Assembly (NCBI GenBank): GCA_034120015.1
Contig: JAXEIF010000029.1
Location: 118,963-182,962, forward strand
DNA from: Spirochaetia bacterium
Lineage (GTDB): Bacteria > Spirochaetota > Spirochaetia > JAFGXN01
DNA length: 64,000 nucleotides
Direction of reading: 5' to 3'
The notes under the pieces were generated by a model that ran no database searches, was not told where the DNA came from, and worked only from the letters and a program-made list of their open reading frames with translations. Made by a program: the position numbers and the translations under genes. Numbering within the stretch: the first letter of the stretch is position 1; each line of letters starts with the position of its first letter. Of this stretch, positions 1 through 8,601 are shown piece by piece.

Positions 1-1418
1 AAGTCGGGAGAAAATTCACGGCCGGTCCGTTCGCACCAGAGACGGAAAAGCTCGGGACGGGTCAGAAGTTTCATCAGCGCTCCGACCGTGTTCAGCGGAT
101 CGCGGACGGTGGCCGGATCGGTGATGTTGCCTCCGTTGGAACCTTCGCCGAGAATGCGGACCAGGTAACCCTGCTGCCGCAGTTTACGTGCCAGATTAAC
201 GACGTTGGCTTCGCCCACTTCCGCACGGAAGACTTTCGCTCCGAATACGGCTGCGACAGCTTCTGTACGATCCGAGGTGCAGCAGTTCACGGCGACGGCA
301 AGCGGCTGCCGGCAACCGTCGACAGTCAAAGCAGCCAGTTCGCTCAGAACGCATAACGCAAACAGCTGCTGGGCTTCCGGAACGGCTGCCGTTTTACGGT
401 TGTTCTGCATATAAACAATATTACCGCGGTCACCGTCGTTATCGGGTGTAAAGCCGATCGGAAAACAGATGCCGTTTTCTTTAAAAGATTCCATCCGGTT
501 GCAGTCTTCGAGAAAACGTCGGCACGGTTCAAGAGAGATCCCCTCCGGAACAATGCGGTGAACAATTTGTCCCGGACGGTTGTTCATGGTCCGTACCGTC
601 AGACCGCAGGAGGTGAAAAAATCGGTGTCGATTGATAGAGTTCGAGCGCTGCCGTTATAATCAATGACGATGCCGAGACGACGCGGGGCAACCGTTTCGG
701 CAAACCGCTGTATCGATTCGCCGGCGAGCCGGGTATCACTGATACCGGAAAAGACGACGGAACTGAAGTCGGTATAGGCTTTAAGAGCTTCTTCCTTGTT
801 CTTTATCCGGCTTTCGTTTACGGATTTGATGCGGTCTCCGCCGATTGTGGTTGCTGCCGTAACGGCGCTCTGAATTTCTTCAAAGACGGGTACTTTTTCC
901 CGTATTCTTTCAATAAAAAGATTGGCCGTGTCGGGATCCAAAACGGCTCCGTCGCCCCAACCGAATTTAAATCCGTTGTGGCCGATCGGGTTGTGGCTGG
1001 CCGAAACGTACGCGAATGCATCCGCAGACGGGTCTGTTTTGACATAAGCCATAATTTCCGGTGCTGCCGCTACCCCGATTGTGCGAACACCGATCCCCTC
1101 GGACAGAAAAGATCTGATGAGAAGCTGTTCCAATGCGGGGCCTGTAGGGCGTGTGTCGGTTCCCGTAACGATAACGGGAGATTCCTTTCCGGTATGTTCT
1201 TTCAGAAAAGACGCAAATTCGCGGCCGATAAAAACCGTCAGAGCGGCATCGGCAGAAGAGATTGCGGGTGTGGCGCTTTCTTCGATTCCGTCAATAGCGA
1301 AAACTTTACGGAATCCGGAGGGCGACAAAATAAACGAGTCAAAAGCGTCTTTTAAGACAGATTGCTGAGGGCAAATGGGTATCTGCCGGTCTTGTTCAAA
1401 TCCGAAATCAGTTATCAT
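1..1418 (-). CDS. phosphoglucomutase/phosphomannomutase-family protein (alpha-D-phosphohexomutase). Start at 1418; C-terminus runs off the left edge of the window.
   Basis: Manual minus-strand translation gives [12 protein letters not shown]... and contains the phosphohexomutase active-site serine loop ...[22 protein letters not shown]. Not in the ORF track because there is no in-window stop. The start overlaps the dapL stop by about 11 nt. Confidence 0.6.
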   Translation of the reverse strand, partial: MITDFGFEQDRQIPICPQQSVLKDAFDSFILSPSGFRKVFAIDGIEESATPAISSADAALTVFIGREFASFLKEHTGKESPVIVTGTDTRPTGPALEQLLIRSFLSEGIGVRTIGVAAAPEIMAYVKTDPSADAFAYVSASHNPIGHNGFKFGWGDGAVLDPDTANLFIERIREKVPVFEEIQSAVTAATTIGGDRIKSVNESRIKNKEEALKAYTDFSSVVFSGISDTRLAGESIQRFAETVAPRRLGIVIDYNGSARTLSIDTDFFTSCGLTVRTMNNRPGQIVHRIVPEGISLEPCRRFLEDCNRMESFKENGICFPIGFTPDNDGDRGNIVYMQNNRKTAAVPEAQQLFALCVLSELAALTVDGCRQPLAVAVNCCTSDRTEAVAAVFGAKVFRAEVGEANVVNLARKLRQQGYLVRILGEGSNGGNITDPATVRDPLNTVGALMKLLTRPELFRLWCERTGREFSPD

Positions 1419-2646
1419 AAGATTTACCCAAAACAGCGGCTATGCGATCCATAGCTTCAAGTACATTTTCTCGTGAGTTAAAAGCGCTGATGCGGATAAA
1501 ACCTTCTCCACAGGATCCGAATCCCGAACCGGGAGTAGTGACAACGGCGGCGCCGTTCAGCAGTTTGTCGAAAAAGTTCCAACTGTCTTCTCCTGTTTCC
1601 ACCCATATATAAGGAGAATTTTCGCCTCCCGTGCATCGGAAACCCAGCGAAGTCATTTTTTCGCGAATAATTTTGGCATTTTCGAGGTAAAAATCGATTG
1701 TCGCTTTGACCTGAGCTTTGCCTTCGGGGGTGTAAACGGCTGCGGCCGCTTTCTGAACCGGGTAGGAAACGCCGTTAAATTTGGTCGATTGCCGCCGGTT
1801 CCACAGCGGGTTAAGTGCGACAGCCTCTCCGTCGGCTGTATAGGCTTTGACTTTTTTCGGAACAACGGTAAAGGCACACCGGGTTCCGGTAAAACCGGCG
1901 GTTTTGGAAAAGCTGCGGAATTCGATGGCGACTTCATCGGCACCGTCGATTTCGTAAATCGAGTGGGGTAATGATTCGTCGCGGATAAAAGCTTCGTAAG
2001 CGGCATCGTAAAGAATCAGAGCTTTGTTGGCCCTGGCGTAGTCAACCCATTTTTTTAAATCTTCTTTGCCGATTGTCGCACCGGTCGGGTTGTTCGGAAA
2101 GCAGAGGTAAATCAAATCGACTTTTTCATTCGGCAGTTCCGGTACGAAGTTGTTGGCGGCGGTTGAATTCAGATAAACAAATCCTTTGTAGCGGCCGTTT
2201 TCGTTGTCGCCGGTCCGGCCAGCCATGACATTGGTATCGACATAAACCGGATAGACCGGGTCGGGAACGGCAATTTTGATATCTTCGGAAAAAAGTTCCT
2301 GAATATTGGCTGTGTCGCATTTGGCACCGTCGGAAATAAAAATTTCGTCGGCTTCGATTTGGCAGCCTCGGGATCGGTAATCGTTTTCGGCAATCGCTTC
2401 ACGTAAAAACGCATATCCCGCTTCGGGACCGTAACCTTTAAAGGAAGCTTCACTGCCCATTTCGTCGGCTGCCTCGTGAAGCGCTTTGACGCATACGGGA
2501 GGAAGAGGACAGGTGACATCGCCGATGCCCATTCGGATCACCTTTTTGTCGGGGTTTGCTTCCGTAAAGGCAGAGACTCGTTTTGCAATATCGACAAACA
2601 GGTAGGATGCTTTCAGTTTCAAATAGTTTTCATTGACTCGAATCAT
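1408..2646 (-). CDS. dapL: LL-diaminopimelate aminotransferase (DapL-type lysine biosynthesis)
   Basis: 412-aa ORF with aminotransferase class I/II architecture and the PLP-lysine region [15 protein letters not shown]. It resembles DapL of spirochetes and Chlamydia along its whole length. Confidence 0.75.
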   Translation of the reverse strand: MIRVNENYLKLKASYLFVDIAKRVSAFTEANPDKKVIRMGIGDVTCPLPPVCVKALHEAADEMGSEASFKGYGPEAGYAFLREAIAENDYRSRGCQIEADEIFISDGAKCDTANIQELFSEDIKIAVPDPVYPVYVDTNVMAGRTGDNENGRYKGFVYLNSTAANNFVPELPNEKVDLIYLCFPNNPTGATIGKEDLKKWVDYARANKALILYDAAYEAFIRDESLPHSIYEIDGADEVAIEFRSFSKTAGFTGTRCAFTVVPKKVKAYTADGEAVALNPLWNRRQSTKFNGVSYPVQKAAAAVYTPEGKAQVKATIDFYLENAKIIREKMTSLGFRCTGGENSPYIWVETGEDSWNFFDKLLNGAAVVTTPGSGFGSCGEGFIRISAFNSRENVLEAMDRIAAVLGKSYDN

Positions 2647-2790
2647 GGTTCACCTCTTAGCCCCATTATATCGAAAAACAGAAGGTGTTTCAAGATCACT
2701 GCTGTTGCCGGGAGAAAATGAAAAATAAATTTTTTATTTGTAAAATTGGAAATAATATTGTTTAATATATAGGTAATAGGAGGCAGTTAT

Positions 2791-3684
2791 ATGACGAAAA
2801 GGTTGATGTTATCGTTTTTATGTGTTTTGGCGGTAAGTTGTTCCCGTGGCGGTGATATGCTCTCACCGGGGGAGCTTCGTATAGAAAACCGCTCCGATGC
2901 CCGGATTGAATCGGTGAAAGTGTCCGTGAACGGGGAAGTGAAAGCCGAAGTTTCCGGCGAGGCAACGTCCGGCGTGATTTGGCGTCCCCAATATCCTTTC
3001 CCGGGAAGAGGTTCTCAATACCGTATCGAGATACAGCTTTCCGGCAGTACCAACTATTTTATTGATCGGACATTTGTTTACGATTCTGCCGATGATTTGG
3101 TATTTGTTTTGAACGGGGATTATTCTTTAACAAGTACGATGGATGAGGTCTCCGGTCTGTCTTCCGGAATAAAAATCAGCCTTTCGGCCGATCAGAAACG
3201 GAAACAGGAAGAAATCGAAGCCGGATTTCAAGCCTATAAAAACTGGCTTAACGACCGTACCGAAAGAATGGTAACGGTTCTTTCCTCTATGGCGAAAGAA
3301 AATAAAGTTGTCCTGACAATGGACGGCAACCGGCTGACGGAATTTTCAACAACGCAGGATATTATAGATTTTTTCGGGTTGGAGACGACTGACGGATATC
3401 TGGGGACTGTTTTTACCCAAGTGACAACGGAATTTAGCGGTGATGCCGAAACAGCGGAATTTCAACCCGCATTGGCACAAATTGAAGCGGAAACGGCGTC
3501 TCTTTTGCCGAAAGCCCCGCAGAACCTGCTGCTTCCGGCATTGAGAGAAAGTGCGGTTGAAGATGAACGTTACATCACACCTTCCGGCGGCGCTCCCATA
3601 GATAAGCTTAATGAAGGCTATCGCGAGTCTGTTTACTGGTACAGCGGCATTTTGGAAGCCGCCTCCGGCGTCAAAGGAAATTAA
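2791..3684 (+). CDS. hypothetical lipoprotein
   Basis: Signal peptide plus lipobox (MTKRLMLSFLCVLAVSC). AGGAGG ribosome-binding site upstream. No recognisable domain. Confidence 0.5.
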   Translation: MTKRLMLSFLCVLAVSCSRGGDMLSPGELRIENRSDARIESVKVSVNGEVKAEVSGEATSGVIWRPQYPFPGRGSQYRIEIQLSGSTNYFIDRTFVYDSADDLVFVLNGDYSLTSTMDEVSGLSSGIKISLSADQKRKQEEIEAGFQAYKNWLNDRTERMVTVLSSMAKENKVVLTMDGNRLTEFSTTQDIIDFFGLETTDGYLGTVFTQVTTEFSGDAETAEFQPALAQIEAETASLLPKAPQNLLLPALRESAVEDERYITPSGGAPIDKLNEGYRESVYWYSGILEAASGVKGN

Positions 3685-3694
3685 GGAGGATTTT

Positions 3695-4132
3695 ATGAAA
3701 AAATTACTGCCGCTTATTTTTTTACTGCCGGTGTTGGTAGCCTGTCCGCCTTTGGAAGAGTGGGAGGAGCTGCGGGGAATCGAATTTTATGTGGAAAACC
3801 AGACCGGGGAGCCCGTGTACATCCAATATGACGAACGGGCAAAGACGATTGAACCGACCGAAAGTTTCCATGCCCGTGCCCGGGACAGCCGTTCGGCGTC
3901 CGAACTCTATTTTGGCCGCGAAAACTTAAAAAGGTTTAACGGTTTTTCTATTCCTAACGATTCCTGTTTTTTTACGATCCCGATTCAGAAACTCAGAGAG
4001 AATTGGGAATCCAATAAGGGCCGCTTCAGCGACGAACTGCTGGGGGGATTTTTACGGCCTATCCGGTGCGAATCGATTCGGAGTATGACGAACGGGACGG
4101 ACGTCAGATTTATAAATGGATTTTTGAGGTGA
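3695..4132 (+). CDS. lipoprotein N-terminal module. Probably the frameshifted 5' part of the downstream C11 peptidase gene.
   Basis: MKKLLPLIFLLPVLVAC lipobox with an AAGGAGG ribosome-binding site 7 nt upstream. The ORF ends at 4132 inside the next ORF, which lacks its own signal peptide. Confidence 0.45.
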   Translation: MKKLLPLIFLLPVLVACPPLEEWEELRGIEFYVENQTGEPVYIQYDERAKTIEPTESFHARARDSRSASELYFGRENLKRFNGFSIPNDSCFFTIPIQKLRENWESNKGRFSDELLGGFLRPIRCESIRSMTNGTDVRFINGFLR

Positions 4133-5274
4133 AAGACAGTTGGCTGGCCGCCGGAAAGGCTTCGGAAGACCGGAAATCAATGCCGACTGAAATGTATGGT
4201 AATGTGCTTGTTTATATGGCTGCCGATAACGATTTGTACACGGCCGCGCTCAATGATATCAATGAGATGGAAGCCGGCTGGAATGCATCCGTTCCGCTTT
4301 ATGTCTTTCTTGATCCGCCCCAAAATTCACCGTTTAACCAGCCGCTGATTTTCCGGATTGTCCATGATGAGACGGATGAAATTGTCAGTCCGGTCGTTAA
4401 GGTGTTTTTACAGGAAATTGATTCGGCTTCCAAAAACGGAATGGTGTCGGTTTTATCGGAGGCGGGTTTTTATTTTGACAAACTGATTCTCTGGTCCCAT
4501 TCAACCGGATGGCTGCCGGAAAATATTGATTACAACCGGATTCCGCTGCAGGATACCCCGGCCGGTACGGCAGATACCGGTGCGGACACGGCTTCCCGTA
4601 TTGCTTCCCGCACCTTTGCCGTTGATGATACGGCAGGAAGCCGCATGTCGATCCGGGATTTGGCGTCGGTATTTGAATCGTCTTTTCAGGTCGGGACGCT
4701 GGTTTTTGACTCGTGCCGGATGGGAACGGTGGAAGTTTTTGCCGAATTTTCCGCTGCCCAAATTCGGCGCATCATTGCCCCGGCGACAGATATTGATGTC
4801 GGAGGGCTTTACTACACGACATTGGCAGGAATGTCCCGATGGGAAGAGATTGACCTGAACAAAGCTGTTGCGGAATACAAATCCGCCGGCGGCGGAGAGC
4901 TGATGCTGATTGCCTGCGATCCGAAGGATTTCGGCAGTACCGGTCCTTTTTCGCGGCAGCTGACATTCGATCCCGTTCAGCGGTCGGATATGAAACCGAT
5001 GCAGACTCCCGAAAACGGATACGCGGTTGTCTTTTATGATTTTTTCCATTTTCTTGATCAGGCGGTATCCGCGGAAACCGCCGCAAAGTTAAAAGAAGTC
5101 TTTGAAACGGCTCCGGAAGGGGCGTCTCCCGGATTTTACCTGCCGTATACAGCAGCGGAAAACCCTTCGGTCGTTCTGAAAGAAATCAACGCCGCCTTTC
5201 TGAACACTGTGTGGGGGAAAGCCGTTTCTTTTTCCGATAATATCGCACTTCCGTCCGGAACCGGTCTTGACTGA
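4066..5274 (+). CDS. clostripain-like cysteine peptidase, family C11. Reading frame is open from 4018 and is probably fused to the upstream lipoprotein ORF.
   Basis: Hallmark VLVYMAADNDL motif. His/Cys dyad context WSHSTGW ... FDSCRMG. No ATG start or signal peptide; the track start is a GTG. Confidence 0.6.
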   Translation: MRIDSEYDERDGRQIYKWIFEVKDSWLAAGKASEDRKSMPTEMYGNVLVYMAADNDLYTAALNDINEMEAGWNASVPLYVFLDPPQNSPFNQPLIFRIVHDETDEIVSPVVKVFLQEIDSASKNGMVSVLSEAGFYFDKLILWSHSTGWLPENIDYNRIPLQDTPAGTADTGADTASRIASRTFAVDDTAGSRMSIRDLASVFESSFQVGTLVFDSCRMGTVEVFAEFSAAQIRRIIAPATDIDVGGLYYTTLAGMSRWEEIDLNKAVAEYKSAGGGELMLIACDPKDFGSTGPFSRQLTFDPVQRSDMKPMQTPENGYAVVFYDFFHFLDQAVSAETAAKLKEVFETAPEGASPGFYLPYTAAENPSVVLKEINAAFLNTVWGKAVSFSDNIALPSGTGLD

Positions 5275-5284
5275 AAAGAAAAAA

Positions 5285-5392
5285 GGAGAATCAAATGAGA
5301 AAGGAGAACCAAATGAGAAAGGAGAACCAAATGAGAAAGGAGAATCAAATGAGAAAGGAGAATCAAATGAGAAAGGAGAATCAAATGAGAAG
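5285..5392 (+). repeat. Six tandem 18-bp repeats (GGAGAAYCAAATGAGAAA), each containing a Shine-Dalgarno-like GGAGA and an in-frame ATG
   Basis: Read directly: ATGs at 5295, 5313, 5331, 5349, 5367 and 5385. Copies occur as T/C variants in the order T,C,C,T,T,T. Translates as MRKENQ repeated five times and then MRRIG.... Confidence 0.9.
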
Positions 5393-6481
5393 AATCGGAA
5401 TGATTATACAGGCGGTTTTGATACTTATCCTGTCTTCCTGCTACAGGGGAGAAGGGGGCACTTTTGGCTACGGAAGCGACGGCGAAGGCGGAGTCATCAT
5501 TAAAAATGCGATTGTGACAGGCGACTCGCTGGTGATTCCGTCGGAAATCAACGGTAAACCGGTGACAGGTATCGGGTACGAATGTTTTTCAAAGAGGCCG
5601 GGATAAAAAGTATTGTCATTCCCGGTTCCGTAAAAGTGATCGGGGAGAGGGCTTTTGGGTCGTGTACCTCTGTGGAGTCGCTGACCATTGAGGACGGGGT
5701 AGAAAAAATCGAAAGTTGGGCTTTCCATAGAGTGCCCATTAAAGAATTGGTCATTCCCGGATCCGTTTCCGAAATCGGAAAGTGGGCCTTTGATGAATGT
5801 GAGAATTTGGAAAAAATAACCATATTGCCCGGAAAGTTAAAGGAATTTCCCATGGCTTTCTTGGGATTGACTTTCAAAGAGGTCATTTTTCCCGAAAATA
5901 TTGAAAGCGTCGACCTGGTCTGGTCTTCCGACGCCCGGGTTGTTTATAATCCGGTGAATATAAGAGCTCCGCTCTTCTCGGGGGCCATCCGGTCGGACGG
6001 GCCTGTCGTTGTCGATCCGCGCTACCCATTCGCCTATACCGGAAGGCTGTACTATTCCGACGAGGTTTATTTACAGTGGGAGCATGAGAATCCGTGGGAT
6101 TTGTATGAACGCACTGTTGAAAATGTATTTTTTGAGCCTCGGACCTCGTCGATGCCGGGGGAGAAGGAGTATGAAGGTTTTCTGGAGTACGGAGGCGGAA
6201 ATGCTTTGACGGATATATACCGCGATAACCTGACCTATTCTCAGTATATAAGAGAGCAGCAAGACAGTACGCAGAACAGATTTTATTTACAACTGGCGGA
6301 AACAGGCGCGCCGCTCACTTTTTATGTTCCGAATGAGACTGCCAAAATGGTGATGGATAATAGAAAGAAGGAAATTCTTCAGTTTACTCCGGAGCAGGCT
6401 CGTGCGCTTTGCGGTGATCCTACTCTGGATTTTGCCAAGACTCTTAATCTTCAGGTGGTTGTCAGGAAATACGGTGAGTGA
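5295..6481 (+). pseudogene. BspA-type leucine-rich-repeat surface lipoprotein, frameshifted at a T5 run (5585-5589). Two ORFs: 5295..5606 and 5582..6481.
   Basis: The N-terminus MRRIGMIIQAVLILILSSC is a lipoprotein signal. IPxSVxxIGxxAF(G/E)xC repeats (LRR_5/BspA type) occur on both sides of the frame break. The final repeat ...GIGYECFSK continues as ...EAGIKSIVIPGSVKVIGERAFGSC in the +1 frame. Confidence 0.55.
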
Positions 6482-6508
6482 CGCTGTCTGTCCGCCGGAA
6501 AACAAAAA

Positions 6509-6533
6509 GGTCTCCTTTTCGGAGACCTTTTTT
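6509..6533. terminator. bidirectional rho-independent terminator
   Basis: GGTCTCC-TTTTC-GGAGACC followed by TTTTTT. Preceded by an A-run on the opposite strand. Lies between the LRR gene end and tRNA-Leu. Confidence 0.7.
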
Positions 6534-6616
6534 GCCGGTGAACGGACTTGAACCGTTACAGGCGTGAACCCGGCAGATTTTGAGTCTGCTGTGTCTACCA
6601 ATTTCACCACACCGGC
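6533..6616 (-). tRNA. tRNA-Leu (anticodon CAA), about 84 nt with a long variable arm
   Basis: The reverse complement reads GCCGGTGTGGTGAAATTGGTAGACACAGCAGACTCAAAATCTGC...GGTTCAAGTCCGTTCACCGGCA. Cloverleaf with anticodon loop CTCAAAA and a T-arm of GGTTCAAGTCC. Confidence 0.8.
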
Positions 6617-6652
6617 TTTCTCTGCTGATAGTAGCGGAAAATCGATGAAATG

Positions 6653-7663
6653 TCAAGCTTGCGGATCATTTTTTGCCGCATCGAATGCAAATTCGAACAC
6701 GCTTTTTTCCGGAATAAACGGTTTGCAGCGGTTCAGGTTCAGTCGGCGTGCCGTCAATTCAATCGCACTTTCGCTGTTGCCGGCGGCTGTCGGACAGCCG
6801 TAAAAGGCGGCGGTCTCTTCAAAAGCTTTCAGCGGTATCATGCCGACCGGTTCGCAGCCGTCGACGGACAAACCTTCTTTGGCGCATTCTTCTTTGACGG
6901 CTTCATAAAAACGGCCCATGCCGGTTTGGCGGTAATCGAAGAGGTTGGCGGTCATCTGGCACATGCCGAAGTCGCTGCTGAACCACGGTTTGGCCTGAAC
7001 GGCGGGCAGCCGTCCGGGAGTTTTTCCGTCGCCGGAACTGCGTAACCGTTTGGCTATGGCGTTCAGCCGCGGCAGCAGATCCTCTCCTCCGGGGATGTTG
7101 ACGTTAAACGCCAGCATAAACGCCCGCGCCCCGACCGCGCAGGCTCCGAAGCGGGGATTAAAAACCGCCGGGCCGCTGTCGGGCAAAAAACCGGAAGCAA
7201 TGCGGGCGGCCAATCCTTCGTATTCGCCGCGGCGGAGAAACGGCAGCCGCCGTCTTTCGCTGCAGGCGGCCGATTCGGCGTACAGGTAAACCGGCAGCCG
7301 CAGTTGCGTGCCGATGCGGTCGGCCAGCTGACGGGAAAGGGTAACGGCTTCTGCCATGGAAATTCCCCGAACGGGAATCAGCGGAATCACATCAGCGGCA
7401 CCGATTCGCGCATGGGTGCCGCTGTGGCGGCTCATGTCGATGAGTGAGGCGGCGGTTTCGGTGACACGGAATGCGGCTTCGCAGACGGCCGCCGGTTTGC
7501 CGGCAAAAGTGAGCACCGTGCGGTTGGCGTCGCGGTGACTGTCGCGGTGAAGGACCCGAACGCCGGGAAGGGCAGCGGCGCGGGTGACGGCATCGATAAC
7601 GGAAAAATTCCGGCCTTCGCTGAAGTTGGGAACGCATTCCAAAATTTCGGGAAAATAATTCAT
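6653..7663 (-). CDS. ftcD: glutamate formimidoyltransferase (stand-alone FtcD N-domain type)
   Basis: Starts MNYFPEILECVPNFSEGR..., the typical formiminotransferase N-terminus. The ATG at 7663 has upstream AT-rich non-coding sequence. The longer track ORF (to 7906) adds an implausible hydrophobic leader. Confidence 0.65.
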   Translation of the reverse strand: MNYFPEILECVPNFSEGRNFSVIDAVTRAAALPGVRVLHRDSHRDANRTVLTFAGKPAAVCEAAFRVTETAASLIDMSRHSGTHARIGAADVIPLIPVRGISMAEAVTLSRQLADRIGTQLRLPVYLYAESAACSERRRLPFLRRGEYEGLAARIASGFLPDSGPAVFNPRFGACAVGARAFMLAFNVNIPGGEDLLPRLNAIAKRLRSSGDGKTPGRLPAVQAKPWFSSDFGMCQMTANLFDYRQTGMGRFYEAVKEECAKEGLSVDGCEPVGMIPLKAFEETAAFYGCPTAAGNSESAIELTARRLNLNRCKPFIPEKSVFEFAFDAAKNDPQA

Positions 7664-7769
7664 ATCCGATTGTAACATTAATCCCGAAAATGGAAAAGAA
7701 CTCTTGATTTTATTCTTCGGATTGTGTATACTGCCTAAGATAAATTTTAATATATTAAGGAGATCGGAT

Positions 7770-7940
7770 ATGGCGCAGGCTTCGAAAAACTCTCGTGTCG
7801 GTTCCAATACCCATAAATTTGCCTGTCCTTGCGGCGGCGAAGTCAAAATGAGAACATTGTTCAGAAACGGGAAAGCCCAAAACGTGGCTGTTTGTGAAAA
7901 GTGCAACCGTCAGGAACGGCGGCCGAAAGATTTCAAATAA
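7770..7940 (+). CDS. small zinc-ribbon protein (CPCGG...CEKC), 56 aa
   Basis: Ribosome-binding site AAGGAGA, 7 nt before ATG 7770. Putative promoter TTGATT-17-TATACT at about 7699-7727. Sits immediately upstream of rpsT. Confidence 0.45.
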   Translation: MAQASKNSRVGSNTHKFACPCGGEVKMRTLFRNGKAQNVAVCEKCNRQERRPKDFK

Positions 7941-7963
7941 AATTTTAAGCGGAGGACAGATCT

Positions 7964-8227
7964 TTGGCTAACAATAAATCTTCAAAAAAAAGAATCAGAC
8001 AAATCGAACGGAGAACGCTTCGGAACCGTATGACAAAAAGTGCCGTTCGTACTGCAATGAAAAAAGTGACGGCTGCGATTGCCGCACGTGATAAAGACGG
8101 CGCTTTGGCTCAGTTCAAGGTTTTTGAAAAAATGATTGATACTGCCGAAGGAAAAGGGGTTTTCCACTCCAATATGGCAGCCCGAAAGAAATCGCGCCTG
8201 TTGGGTCAGATTTCCAAGATTCAGTAA
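7964..8227 (+). CDS. rpsT: 30S ribosomal protein S20
   Basis: MANNKSSKKRIRQIERRTLRNR... is a classic S20 N-terminus. TTG start with a GGAGGA ribosome-binding site. Confidence 0.85.
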   Translation: MANNKSSKKRIRQIERRTLRNRMTKSAVRTAMKKVTAAIAARDKDGALAQFKVFEKMIDTAEGKGVFHSNMAARKKSRLLGQISKIQ

Positions 8228-8232
8228 CGTTC

Positions 8233-8263
8233 AAAAATATCCGATTCGTCGGATATTTTTTTT
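8233..8263 (+). terminator. rho-independent terminator after rpsT
   Basis: AAAATATCCGA-TTCG-TCGGATATTTT followed by a T-run. Confidence 0.7.
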
Positions 8264-8277
8264 CATAGGGGGCCGTT

Positions 8278-8601
8278 TTGGGCGATCAGGAAAAAAAATC
8301 TGTTGAGAAAGTGACCAAAGCGGATCTTGTCGATCGTATTTGGAACAGCGGGACATTTCCCGGAAAAAAGTCGGAACTTTTGCGCGTTGTCGATTCGTTC
8401 TTAAACGAGCTGAAAGAAGCCGTTGCCGCCGGTTCGGTGATTGAGTTACGCGGATTGGGGACTTTTGAGGTCAAGTGCCGCAAAGGCCGCGATCGGGCGC
8501 GAAATCCGAAAACCGGAGAAACGGTCAGTGTCGAAAATCACGGTGTGGCTGTTTTTCGTCCGGGAAAAGAGCTGAAAGCCCGTGTCTGGGATATAAAATA
8601 A
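8278..8601 (+). CDS. HU/IHF-family DNA-binding protein
   Basis: ...TKADLVDRIWNSG...LRGLGTFEVKCRKGRDRARNPKTGETVSVENHGVAVFRPGKELKARV matches the HU/IHF arm and beta-ribbon consensus. The start may instead be the GTG at 8311 (MTKADLV...). Confidence 0.7.
   Translation: MGDQEKKSVEKVTKADLVDRIWNSGTFPGKKSELLRVVDSFLNELKEAVAAGSVIELRGLGTFEVKCRKGRDRARNPKTGETVSVENHGVAVFRPGKELKARVWDIK

Noticed and set aside
5285-5392. Possible CRISPR array
   Set aside because: Repeats are contiguous with no spacers. The unit is only 18 bp and contains a ribosome-binding site plus ATG. No cas genes are nearby.
5267-5503. +2-frame ORF through the 18-bp repeat array (EKGESN repeats)
   Set aside because: An alternative frame of the same repeats. 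It lacks a ribosome-binding site for its ATG, and the downstream part crosses the lipoprotein signal peptide in the wrong frame.
6653-7906. Long 417-aa version of the formimidoyltransferase ORF
   Set aside because: The extra 81 N-terminal residues are encoded by an AT-rich region and are hydrophobic or low-complexity. Homologous enzymes start at MNYFPEIL..., so the ATG at 7663 was used.
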